DNA of 64,000 nt. It comes from Candidatus Pacearchaeota archaeon. GTDB taxonomy: Archaea; Nanobdellota; Nanobdellia; Pacearchaeales; GW2011-AR1. The DNA is taken from positions 16,072 through 80,071 of the forward strand of contig VGKT01000002.1 of assembly GCA_016866955.1 (NCBI GenBank), read 5' to 3'. The notes beneath the pieces are model-generated. The model was given only the letters and a program-made list of their open reading frames with translations, did not search any database and had not been told where the DNA came from. The translations under genes and the position numbers were made by a program. Shown here in pieces: positions 9,554 through 18,560 of the stretch. How positions within the stretch are numbered: position 1 is the stretch's first letter; every line of letters begins with the position of its first letter.

Positions 9554-10531
9554 TTAGCCTTTAGGAGTAACAGTATACTTGAATCCGTAACGTTTAGTAT
9601 AGCGATTTAATTGCGCTTTGATCTCTTCACTCCCGATGTTACCTCGTAAAGAGTAGCGAGCAAAGCGACTATTTGCAGAATCTAAATGAACATGTGTTTC
9701 ATGATCTTTGTATCCATTTGTCATACTTTGAAATCCACTCAAAATACCTTTCATAGTATATGAAAGACCTTTCCCTCGTAAACCAGAAAGCTCAATTTCA
9801 AAAACACGATTAGAACGAAGCATTGTCTCAAGATGCTCTGCAGAGTTCAGGACTTGAGAAGCAATAAATTCATGAAAAAGATTTTCAGTAAATGACGGTT
9901 TCTCTAGTTGACTCTCCCGTGATGCTCGATCTTTAAGAGTTTTATTAAGTAATCCAAGATACAGTTCTCGATGACCTTGAGTAATAATTGCAGGAGTATA
10001 TCCTCGTTGTTCTAAAGCGAAATTTTGTACAAGACGAGCAGTTCTTCCATTTCCATCTCCATACGGGTGAATACGAATCAGTTCAATATGTGCTTGAGAA
10101 GCTCGAATAACAGGATGAATGTCCGTACGTTCATTTAAAAAATAACAAAGATTATCAATAGCAGAGAGAATACGTTCAGGAGGAATACCTGATAAATCTC
10201 CAAAAGTAACTTCCCCGCTTCTAAAATAACGAGCAATATTAGGACGAGGCTCAACGATACTTCCTAAAACAGCAAAAGTAGTTTTATCAAACCCATGTTC
10301 TGCAAGATATGCACGTGCTGAACTTAAATTTTTAATGTACTCTGAGCGTTTTTGCGCAACTTGCTTATTAGTAGGGCTATCCTCATTTTCAATTTCTAAA
10401 TTAGAAGAATGTTTATCAGAATCACGAATGAGGCCTGTAAATACTTCTCGAGCAAGACTACGAGAATATTCAGGATGCGTATTAATTCTCCCTATAGCTT
10501 CATCGATTTTTTTCAGAGTTTTATAAATCAT
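9554..10531 (-). CDS. Fic/DOC family protein (putative AMPylase)
   Basis: Canonical Fic motif HPYGDGNGRTARL. Has its own TATA-like element (GGTTTAAATAGGG) upstream. Confidence 0.85.
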   Translation of the reverse strand: MIYKTLKKIDEAIGRINTHPEYSRSLAREVFTGLIRDSDKHSSNLEIENEDSPTNKQVAQKRSEYIKNLSSARAYLAEHGFDKTTFAVLGSIVEPRPNIARYFRSGEVTFGDLSGIPPERILSAIDNLCYFLNERTDIHPVIRASQAHIELIRIHPYGDGNGRTARLVQNFALEQRGYTPAIITQGHRELYLGLLNKTLKDRASRESQLEKPSFTENLFHEFIASQVLNSAEHLETMLRSNRVFEIELSGLRGKGLSYTMKGILSGFQSMTNGYKDHETHVHLDSANSRFARYSLRGNIGSEEIKAQLNRYTKRYGFKYTVTPKG

Positions 10532-10594
10532 AAAGATTTGACCTAAAAACCCTATTTAAACCTTCCTATTTGTAACCTTTTAATAGTAACAACA

Positions 10595-11857
10595 CTAGCA
10601 AACCAATCGTTCACTGAACTCCCCCGCAACGTTTTCAAGCATTTTCTTTTCCAAATCTTTCTTCCATCCATAATGCCCGAGTATCCAACCCAACTTAACT
10701 AACGCCGTTTCAGCCAAGAGGTCTCCTAAAAATACCACCCCTGCATCAATAAGCTCTCGCCCGTTACTATACACGTACGGATCAACGCGCCCATTGATGG
10801 TTTGCGTCACACACCCGACAAAAAATCCTGCACGAATATGTTTTTTCAAGAGAGGAATCCAACTATTCCCTGATTCACTTACAGGTAAATGACCGAATCC
10901 GCTTGCTTCTACAATAATCCCTTTATATTTCAAAGCATAATAATCAAGAATATCAGGAGATTGCCCAGGATAAAATTTCACTAACGCAATCTTATCACTA
11001 CACACTGCATCAACCACACAAGGTTTGGTATGTCGAGGAGTAAATGAGCCAGTATACGTAACTCTATCGGGCCAGACCTTCGCAACAGGAACAGTATTCA
11101 CTGGTTGAAACGCATCTCTGCGAGAAGAATGTAATTTTCGCACTTTTGTCCCGAGCAATGCTTGACAATAGTCATCAGATTCGGTTGCGTGCCCCACCAC
11201 AAACACTCCAGCCGCTTTATCAATCACCATCCGAGCAGCACACTGGAGATTCAGATGTGCATCACTACTCGGGCGATCAATACTCCGCTGTGAATACGTT
11301 AACACCACTGGCTTCCCCAGATCTCGAAGCATAAATGAGAGAGCTGCAGCCGTATAATGCAAAAAGTCAGTACCATGTGTCACCACCACTCCCTGAATTG
11401 CAGGATCATTCACCAGGTTTCCTACTTCCTGCGCAATTAATTTCCAATGCTCGCTATCCATACTTTCACTCGCAATCTTAAACGGAATACGAATCACTTT
11501 CACCTCAACCATTTGAAATAATGCTGGATAATACTGTACGAAATCTTCGACAGAAGCCAAGGGTTTCACTCCCCCTGTCTTTGGATCCAGCACAGAAGCA
11601 ATCGTTCCCCCGGTAATCACCATCCCAATAACCGGTTTCCCAGAAGAGCGGCGAACAACAGAAGGAAGTTGAGAAACAGGAGCAGAACCAAGTACTTCTC
11701 CTCCTAAAATGTGATCAGCAGAAATACCAATATTATAGCCGCTTCCCAATTTCAATAAACAAATGCCCGGCTCATGACTTTCCAATACAGTACCTTCCAC
11801 TTCCTCTTGTGCAAGACGTAAGCGTACGCGATCTCCTGGTTTTCCTATAAAAGCCAT
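10595..11857 (-). CDS. gatD: Glu-tRNA(Gln) amidotransferase subunit D
   Basis: Asparaginase-like motifs (VITGGTIAS, VVTHGTDFL) following an N-terminal GatD-type domain. Confidence 0.9.
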   Translation of the reverse strand: MAFIGKPGDRVRLRLAQEEVEGTVLESHEPGICLLKLGSGYNIGISADHILGGEVLGSAPVSQLPSVVRRSSGKPVIGMVITGGTIASVLDPKTGGVKPLASVEDFVQYYPALFQMVEVKVIRIPFKIASESMDSEHWKLIAQEVGNLVNDPAIQGVVVTHGTDFLHYTAAALSFMLRDLGKPVVLTYSQRSIDRPSSDAHLNLQCAARMVIDKAAGVFVVGHATESDDYCQALLGTKVRKLHSSRRDAFQPVNTVPVAKVWPDRVTYTGSFTPRHTKPCVVDAVCSDKIALVKFYPGQSPDILDYYALKYKGIIVEASGFGHLPVSESGNSWIPLLKKHIRAGFFVGCVTQTINGRVDPYVYSNGRELIDAGVVFLGDLLAETALVKLGWILGHYGWKKDLEKKMLENVAGEFSERLVC

Positions 11858-11873
11858 ATCTTCCTACTATTGA

Positions 11874-11892
11874 GAAGGTTATAAAAAACTAC
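11874..11892 (-). promoter_or_regulatory. conserved gat promoter element upstream of gatD
   Basis: GAAGGTTATAAAAAACTAC. The TATA box ends 21 nt before the ATG. Confidence 0.6.
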
Positions 11893-11907
11893 GTATATAA
11901 AAGTAAG

Positions 11908-12321
11908 TTAATCCTTCTTACACCAAATCACATTGAGATAAGGGGGCCAGCTCGAACTTGGCAAAACAGTTACATGGGTAATCGGGGTTCTCCAACTTTT
12001 ATCTGAATTAGTCGTTTGAACCGACACATCATGCGCATGCACATCAGATCCACCCGTTCCCCCATAAGTAGCTGCACCTCGCGTAGTCTTGCCATCTAAA
12101 GCAGAAAATCGTGTCCAACCTGAAGGGCACGTCATATTAAACATAATAATTGCTCCAGAAGGAATACCTCCCAACGCACTCAATCCTTCTATTTCATTCG
12201 CACTATGTCCAAACACCGCAGGGTTAGCAGGGTTAGAATTATACGCCACTACTCCAACTACTAATAATAACAAAGCGAGTACAAAGAATCGTGTCTTTGT
12301 AATCATCACCTCCACTTTCAT
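11908..12321 (-). CDS. secreted/membrane-anchored protein, paralog of 15521-16780
   Basis: N-terminal FFVLALLLLVVGVVAYNSNPANPAVFGHSANEIEGL is nearly identical to the 419-aa protein. The DNA is about 90% identical over about 115 nt. Cys-containing C-terminus. Confidence 0.55.
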   Translation of the reverse strand: MKVEVMITKTRFFVLALLLLVVGVVAYNSNPANPAVFGHSANEIEGLSALGGIPSGAIIMFNMTCPSGWTRFSALDGKTTRGAATYGGTGGSDVHAHDVSVQTTNSDKSWRTPITHVTVLPSSSWPPYLNVIWCKKD

Positions 12322-12354
12322 AATTCAAAGGAGTAAAAGAACTATTTAAATGTT

Positions 12355-13860
12355 TTAATAGCTCTTAGCCCAATAGGCAAGAGTATATGTTTTTTCACCT
12401 GTTTGCACACATACTCCTTCTTTCGTTACTTCTTCAATTAAACGGGTTGTCGCTCCGTCAGTTGCATCCTTCAATTTCTTTTCAACACGAGGATCATCAA
12501 CCATATACACTTTGACTAATTTCCGTTCCTTAATCCCTTTTTGTAATTCTTTAAGAGAAGAAGCAGTTACAATTTGACTATCAAGGAAATGCTTCGCCTT
12601 AGCATATAAATCATGCTGAATAGTTTCCAATAATGTTTCAATATACGTTTTCACATTTCCTAAAGGTACTATTTCTTTCACACCTGTATCTCGGCGTATG
12701 ACCACTACCTGTTGTTTTGCTAAATCTTTTGGCCCTAATTCAACACGAACTGGAACCCCTTTCATTTCCCATTCATTAAATTTCCAACCAGGAGAATATC
12801 CTTCTCGATCATCAATTACAACAGAAAAGGGATGTAACGAATCACGTAATGCACGAGCTTGTGTAAGCACTTGCACTTTACTTTCATCAAATAAAATAGG
12901 AACAATAACGATTTGCTGTTTTGCCATTCGTGGAGGAATAACCAATCCTTTATCATCTCCGTGTACCATTACCAAACCCCCTAACAGACGTGTAGAAATA
13001 CCCCAGGAAGTCGGCCAAATTCCTTGTTGAACTCCTTGTTGATCTAAGAAAGAAATATTAAACGAGCGCGCAAATTCTTGTTTCAAAGAATGACTTGTTC
13101 CCATTTGCAATGCCTTTCCATCAGGCATAAGCGCTTCTACAGTCATACTCATATCCGCACCAGGGAACTTTTCAGCCGTACTCTTACGACCAGCTAATAC
13201 AGGAATTGCTAATTCTTGTTCGATCAATTTTTTATACGCTTGAAGCATTTCACGCATATTCGCTCGCGCTTCTTGTTGAGTCGCAAATGCACAATGTCCT
13301 TCTTGCCACAAAAACTCACGAGTACGCAAAAGAGGTTTCGTTTGTTTTACTTCCCATCGTATCACATTACACCATTGATTCAGTTTCATCGGTAAATCTC
13401 TCCAACTTCGTATCCATTTCGCAAATGAATCATAAATGATCGTCTCCGAGGTAGGGCGCAAAGCCAGTAATTGTCCCTGCTCTGTTCCTTTAATATAAGC
13501 AAGTTCAGGAGCAAATCCTTTTGCATGTTCCGCTTCCTTTTTGAAAAAAGAATCAGGAATTAAAAGTGGAAAATAAGCATTGTGCACTCCTTTTTCTGCC
13601 AAAACTGCATTGAAAGTAGTTTGAATGCGTTCCCATAAGGCATAGCCATTAGGTCTCAAAATCATAAATCCCTGAATAGGAGGATAATCAATCAATTCTG
13701 CCTTTTGAATAACTTGAGTATACCATTCAGAAAGGTCCTTAGATTTAGAAACCGAAAGCCCTTTTGTATCAACAGGGGTTTTGACAATCGATTCTGAAGG
13801 TTTCGATACTGTCGAAGATTTGATAGTACGTGCAGGTTTTCCACCCATGCTCCTTATCAA
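12355..13860 (-). CDS. proS: prolyl-tRNA synthetase (archaeal/eukaryotic type)
   Basis: Class II core, with the C-terminal zinc-binding domain ending in Tyr (...LAYWAKSY) characteristic of archaeal ProRS. Confidence 0.9.
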   Translation of the reverse strand: MIRSMGGKPARTIKSSTVSKPSESIVKTPVDTKGLSVSKSKDLSEWYTQVIQKAELIDYPPIQGFMILRPNGYALWERIQTTFNAVLAEKGVHNAYFPLLIPDSFFKKEAEHAKGFAPELAYIKGTEQGQLLALRPTSETIIYDSFAKWIRSWRDLPMKLNQWCNVIRWEVKQTKPLLRTREFLWQEGHCAFATQQEARANMREMLQAYKKLIEQELAIPVLAGRKSTAEKFPGADMSMTVEALMPDGKALQMGTSHSLKQEFARSFNISFLDQQGVQQGIWPTSWGISTRLLGGLVMVHGDDKGLVIPPRMAKQQIVIVPILFDESKVQVLTQARALRDSLHPFSVVIDDREGYSPGWKFNEWEMKGVPVRVELGPKDLAKQQVVVIRRDTGVKEIVPLGNVKTYIETLLETIQHDLYAKAKHFLDSQIVTASSLKELQKGIKERKLVKVYMVDDPRVEKKLKDATDGATTRLIEEVTKEGVCVQTGEKTYTLAYWAKSY

Positions 13861-13891
13861 GAAGGCCTACTTTATAAATCGTACCGAAAAA

Positions 13892-14046
13892 CGGCCCCAG
13901 GAAGAATCGAACTCCCGTTCTCAGGTTGCTTCGTATCGCACCACCGGGGTGATACGTCCTCCAAAAGGAGGATGATGCGTCAAGGAACCGTGGTTCCTTA
14001 CGCTACGCTCCGAAGCCTGATGTTCTATCCACTAAACTATGGGGCC
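13892..14046 (-). tRNA. tRNA-Arg (anticodon TCG) with a roughly 82-nt intron in the anticodon loop
   Basis: Hand-folded. Acceptor GGCCCCA/TGGGGCC, D-arm GTTT-AGTGGATA-GAAC, anticodon stem TCAGG/CCTGA, loop CTTCGG^intron^A, T-arm GGGAG-TTCGATT-CTTCC. Intron placed at the canonical 37/38 position. Confidence 0.55.
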
Positions 14047-14072
14047 TCACAAAACTACCTCATGCTCCCTTT

Positions 14073-15443
14073 TTAAACTTTGGACAAAGCTTGAAGAAGA
14101 AGCTTTCGAGCAAGAGTATAGTCTGCTCGCTTAGCACTCGCCTTCATAACCGCACCCATCAAAAAGTCAAGTGCTTTCACTTCTCCGGCTTTATAATCGC
14201 TTACTGCTTTCGGATGTGCATGCAATACAGAAGTGATAAAGCTCAAGAGCTGTTTTTCATCACGAATAGTGCTTTCAGCAACAGAAGGCATGCTACTCTG
14301 AGGATACCATGAGTTCAGAATTTCTTTCGCTTTCAAAGGAGTAAGTTTTCCACGTTGCACAAACTGTAAAAGTGCACTAAAATGAGCAGGTTGTATGTTC
14401 ACCTTTTCTAAAGAAACCTTATGATAGTTAAGAAAACGCAATAATTCAACCGTCACCCACGGAGCAGCGAACGCTCCATCAACTTCTTGTGCAACCTGCT
14501 CAAAAAAAGTAACCAAATCAATATCTGAAGCCAAGAGCTGTGCATCGCTCGAAGAAAGTTTATATTGCTTGACAAGTTTTGCACGTGTAGCATCAGGAGA
14601 TGCAGGTAATGCCGTACGAATATCGTGCACAAAAGATGAAACAAGTTCTAACACAGGTATATCAGGATCTGCAATAAATCGATAATCTGCAGCAGTTTCT
14701 TTCGAACGCATTACACTCGTTTTTCCTTTTACTGCATCCCATCGTCGAGTTTCTTCAACGTTCCCCCCTTCACGAGCTTGTCGTTCAAATTCAAACGCAA
14801 TAGCTTTTCCAATTTCATCAATACTATTAACATTCTTAATTTCAACACGTTTGCTAACACCAGGAATATTGATATTAACATCAACTTTGATACCAGCATT
14901 TGCATCAATTGCTTTCAAATAAGTAAGATGATGCACCAATTTTCCTAACCAGGCTTGCACTTCTTCTCCCGTTGAAAAATCAGGAGCAGTTACAATTTCA
15001 ACCAAGGGCAATCCTGAACGATTGTAATCTACGTTCCCGGTAGTCGGTTCCCAACTCGCAGGATCTTCTTCAAGATGCATCTCACTAATCTCAATCCCTT
15101 GAAAGGTGCCCTTAACACCCAAAGGAGTCGCGCCAGTCCCACTTAACGTCATCTGATATCCTTTTGGTAAATCAGGCCAGGCATAATGTTTTCGTATCCA
15201 AGGCATACGTGCATTCACCGTACATCCCAAGACCAAAGCAATTTGTACCGCTTTACGCACTGCTTCAAGATTCGGAGCACGAGGTTTTGCTCCTGGCTGT
15301 CCCGTACAGGTTGGACAAATCAACGTATTCGGAGCAAGCCCACGTTCACGTGAAGCAATACACGTACAAAACAATTTCTCACGTGTATTCAAATAACAAT
15401 GAATTTCAAGGCCAATCATTCCTTGAACCAGTTTCTGTTTCAT
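14073..15443 (-). CDS. gatB: aspartyl/glutamyl-tRNA amidotransferase subunit B
   Basis: GLEIHCYLNT..KLFC.C, ICPTCTGQPGAKP, RKHYAWPDLPKGYQ and a C-terminal GatB/YqeY domain (KAVSDYKAGEVKALDFLMGAVMK). Confidence 0.85.
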   Translation of the reverse strand: MKQKLVQGMIGLEIHCYLNTREKLFCTCIASRERGLAPNTLICPTCTGQPGAKPRAPNLEAVRKAVQIALVLGCTVNARMPWIRKHYAWPDLPKGYQMTLSGTGATPLGVKGTFQGIEISEMHLEEDPASWEPTTGNVDYNRSGLPLVEIVTAPDFSTGEEVQAWLGKLVHHLTYLKAIDANAGIKVDVNINIPGVSKRVEIKNVNSIDEIGKAIAFEFERQAREGGNVEETRRWDAVKGKTSVMRSKETAADYRFIADPDIPVLELVSSFVHDIRTALPASPDATRAKLVKQYKLSSSDAQLLASDIDLVTFFEQVAQEVDGAFAAPWVTVELLRFLNYHKVSLEKVNIQPAHFSALLQFVQRGKLTPLKAKEILNSWYPQSSMPSVAESTIRDEKQLLSFITSVLHAHPKAVSDYKAGEVKALDFLMGAVMKASAKRADYTLARKLLLQALSKV

Positions 15444-15460
15444 AAGTGTATACTAGTAAA

Positions 15461-15478
15461 GAGGTTATAAAAAACTAT
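15461..15478 (-). promoter_or_regulatory. conserved gat promoter element upstream of gatB
   Basis: GAGGTTATAAAAAACTAT. The TATA box ends 21 nt before the ATG. Confidence 0.6.
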
Positions 15479-15520
15479 CCAGCACAACAGCGCCAATTCA
15501 ATTCATCTAAACCAAAAAAT

Positions 15521-16780
15521 TTAATTCTTCACACAAGTATACATGTTACTATATGCATTAGACGTTTTGTCTGAAGGTGTAGCATACGAAACACTATACA
15601 CAAGTTGAGTATAGCCGCTTGGACAACTAGTTGCTGGATTGACATCTTGGCACGCAGTTATAAGGAAAGTACCTGCAGTAGCTGCTGCATTACCCTGTCT
15701 ATAATACCCCATACCACACCATGTTCCGGCTGGGATTGATGCGCTTGATCCTGATCCACTTCCGCCACCTGCTGAACAAGAATAATATTCGAAATTGGTA
15801 TATGAAGGACTTGTATAGCTTGCGGTATAACAGTATGCACTATTTGAAGCAGTGACATCAACATTACCGTACACAGTTGTCCCACTTACTGTATGTCGAC
15901 AAAGTCCAGTTGCACCAGATGCATAAACTTGAGCACCGGTCATAGCGGTAGGACCAGTTGATTTCCAAGTACAAGCGCTTGATCCTGATCCACTTCCTCC
16001 ACTCACGCATCGGTATTTACTTGTTACAGCGTAGCCTCTATTCCCACTGCGGTCGGTGTTGCTTGATGCACCTGTTTGGCCTCCATGAGTAAGTTGGATA
16101 ACGACAAAAGAATCTCTTGCATCATCAGTACTCGTAGTCCACAAGAAATCTGAGTCAGCATTTTGAGCCGTTCCTGAAAAACTAAAATGGATTAGTTCAT
16201 CATCAGTAGGTAATCTCTTACCAGCATTCCGACAAGCACCAAAAGCTGCTGGAAAAGTCGCAGGACCAGAATCAACAGCATCCAGAATAAGTTCTGAAGA
16301 TGCGCTTGATCCTGAACCGCCTGAAATAATTGGTAAATACCATATTTTTGCAGGAGGAAGAACGGCTCCGCTAATTCTTTGTGCTTTCCAATACATATTT
16401 TTCTTAATAGGCATCGTAATAGAACTTTGAGAGTATGTTGAATCTCCAGAGGGAAATGCATCCGTGGGTGTAGCAGTAGTTCCTGTGAATAAATTCACTT
16501 GTCCAATTTGAACAGAATAAACAATAACAAATCCGTCATTTGGTGCTTGATACACAGTGTCATAAGCAAAATTTTTTTGATAATCACCAAATTGCAATGA
16601 TGAACCACTCGTTGATCCACTTCCCCCTGCAGCAATCAACGCACGCAATCCTTCAATTTCATCAATACTATGTCCAAACACCGCAGGATTCGCAGGGTTA
16701 GAATTATACGCCACTACTCCAACTACTAATAATAACAGAGCACATACAAAAAACCAACGTTTATTCACCCCTCGTTGCAT
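15521..16780 (-). CDS. secreted modular Cys-rich protein, paralog of 11908-12321
   Basis: Same N-terminal signal-anchor and NPANPAVFGHS..EIEGL segment. Four domains separated by GGSGSGSSA-type linkers. Many Cys. Confidence 0.6.
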   Translation of the reverse strand: MQRGVNKRWFFVCALLLLVVGVVAYNSNPANPAVFGHSIDEIEGLRALIAAGGSGSTSGSSLQFGDYQKNFAYDTVYQAPNDGFVIVYSVQIGQVNLFTGTTATPTDAFPSGDSTYSQSSITMPIKKNMYWKAQRISGAVLPPAKIWYLPIISGGSGSSASSELILDAVDSGPATFPAAFGACRNAGKRLPTDDELIHFSFSGTAQNADSDFLWTTSTDDARDSFVVIQLTHGGQTGASSNTDRSGNRGYAVTSKYRCVSGGSGSGSSACTWKSTGPTAMTGAQVYASGATGLCRHTVSGTTVYGNVDVTASNSAYCYTASYTSPSYTNFEYYSCSAGGGSGSGSSASIPAGTWCGMGYYRQGNAAATAGTFLITACQDVNPATSCPSGYTQLVYSVSYATPSDKTSNAYSNMYTCVKN

Positions 16781-16800
16781 CAGTATCTTATCAAAAGGAA

Positions 16801-17802
16801 CTATTTAAAAGCTTTTGAAGCAAATGTCTGAGCCATTAATAAGGGAAATAAAAGGGTTGCATCCCCAAACACTTTCACATGCTTTCCTGGTTTCAATTTA
16901 CCCCAACTAATGGCCTCTTCAGGTAATGCTCCCGCATCACTCCCATCAAATTCTTGGGCCGTATTGATATATACTGCATATTCCGCCCCATTACGCAACA
17001 TTGCTGCATTCAACAATGCATGTTTAATCACTCCTGCACCCAAGATAACCAAACCTAAGTTTTGAAGCCCAATCGTCGCATCATTCAATCGTTGCGTATC
17101 CTTCGCAATATCAATCACTAGCTTCGGATGTTTGAACATACTAAAATACACATTATCTCCTAATGCCCCATCAGTCAATGCCGGACAGAATAATCGAATC
17201 CCCTGCTTCCACGCCCAGTAACAAATACTTCGTGTATCATTAATCTTCTTTCCCATCGCCCAGACAATATCACTAGGAGAAAGAGGAACTCCTGTTTTCA
17301 CACTTTCGGCATACAATTCATCCAATAACGGTTGAAACCATTTCTCAAATGCAACATATCGATTATTCGGTGCAAACACGTTACCAATACGATTAATACC
17401 CTTTGCACGAAGTTCTTTCCCCGAAGCATGAAAATCGCCGATATAAAAATCACCCAGACATTTGATAATATCTTCTTCAATCGCTCCTGCCGTACATACT
17501 CCCAAAGTAATATGCTGATGTTCAAACAAATAGCGAATACTCTCACGCACACCACTTGAGACCATATTACTCGTAAATCCAATAAAAATAGAAGCCTGTT
17601 CACTTCGCATCGTTTGCACAACCCCCACCGCATCAGCAAAAGCACTGGCCTGAAACCCGGTAGAGGCAAAACTAGCTAAAAGTTTCTCATAGTGCACACC
17701 CTCATTAAATTCATATCCTTTCACAGGAGTGCCCCCTACATCTGCACTTCTTCGCAATAAGTTTTTTCGAGCAATCTGTTCACGTTTCATCCAAAAAAGC
17801 AT
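16801..17802 (-). CDS. dys: deoxyhypusine synthase
   Basis: DHS-family motifs (GFTSNMVSSGVRE, TDGALGDN, LGAGVIKH). Confidence 0.85.
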   Translation of the reverse strand: MLFWMKREQIARKNLLRRSADVGGTPVKGYEFNEGVHYEKLLASFASTGFQASAFADAVGVVQTMRSEQASIFIGFTSNMVSSGVRESIRYLFEHQHITLGVCTAGAIEEDIIKCLGDFYIGDFHASGKELRAKGINRIGNVFAPNNRYVAFEKWFQPLLDELYAESVKTGVPLSPSDIVWAMGKKINDTRSICYWAWKQGIRLFCPALTDGALGDNVYFSMFKHPKLVIDIAKDTQRLNDATIGLQNLGLVILGAGVIKHALLNAAMLRNGAEYAVYINTAQEFDGSDAGALPEEAISWGKLKPGKHVKVFGDATLLFPLLMAQTFASKAFK

Positions 17803-17938
17803 ATACTACAGTATATAAATCCATATCGTAAGGAACAAGAATAGAACTCCCCCTCCTCTTCTGCTTACTCGCCAAATATGCTTCTTAACTCACTTGCTGT
17901 ACAATAAATTAAAAAAAAAGAAAATAGAGTATTGTAGT

Positions 17939-18424
17939 TTATCGGAAAGTATTTATCCCAATCATGACGCTTCTTTCTTCATCTCTTGCTTTTGATAGTT
18001 TTCTACTTGCTTCAATCAAAACAGGATACATATTTTTAGCCATTCCTTCAGAATATCCCATACTCTTAAGAACCATAGAATAATCATCTTCAGTAAGTCT
18101 CTTTCCTTCATTCATTCCAAAATAAAGATGAGTTTCACTGACCTTTCTCTGTTCAGCTATATATCCAGATAAAATTTTACCTTCAGTTGGATAGTTCTCA
18201 CAGAATTTTTCTATCCCTTCAGCCATTCCTCTTGCTTTCTGTTCATTTTTTGTTTCAACTCTAGCATAAACTCTTTCTCCATTATATTCTCCATTTTCAA
18301 GACCTAAAGCTTTTCCAAGCTTTGGCTTTCCTCTTTTGAGCTTTCCACTCAAGCTAGAGATTGGAATATCTATTCTATCCCAAGCAATCAATTCGAGAAT
18401 TCCGCGTTCCATTTTTTCATCCAT
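17939..18424 (-). CDS. hypothetical protein (AT-rich island)
   Basis: 161-aa ORF divergent from a TrmB-like regulator. No family recognised. Confidence 0.4.
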   Translation of the reverse strand: MDEKMERGILELIAWDRIDIPISSLSGKLKRGKPKLGKALGLENGEYNGERVYARVETKNEQKARGMAEGIEKFCENYPTEGKILSGYIAEQRKVSETHLYFGMNEGKRLTEDDYSMVLKSMGYSEGMAKNMYPVLIEASRKLSKARDEERSVMIGINTFR

Positions 18425-18560
18425 TATAACTCCCCTCCTTTCATTTCTTTATCTTCGTTTTTCATATGTGAGAAAACAAAAAAAGCTATATAATTTTATG
18501 AGGTGAAATTTATCACCTCATAAAGATAATAATTATAAACTCAAAATATCTAATTATAAC

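Noticed and set aside
13781-13975. 64-aa plus-strand ORF
   Set aside because: Lies inside the predicted tRNA-Arg intron/exon region, antisense. No start signal.
17298-17669. 123-aa ORF inside dys on the same strand but in a different frame
   Set aside because: Fully embedded in the well-supported deoxyhypusine synthase reading frame.
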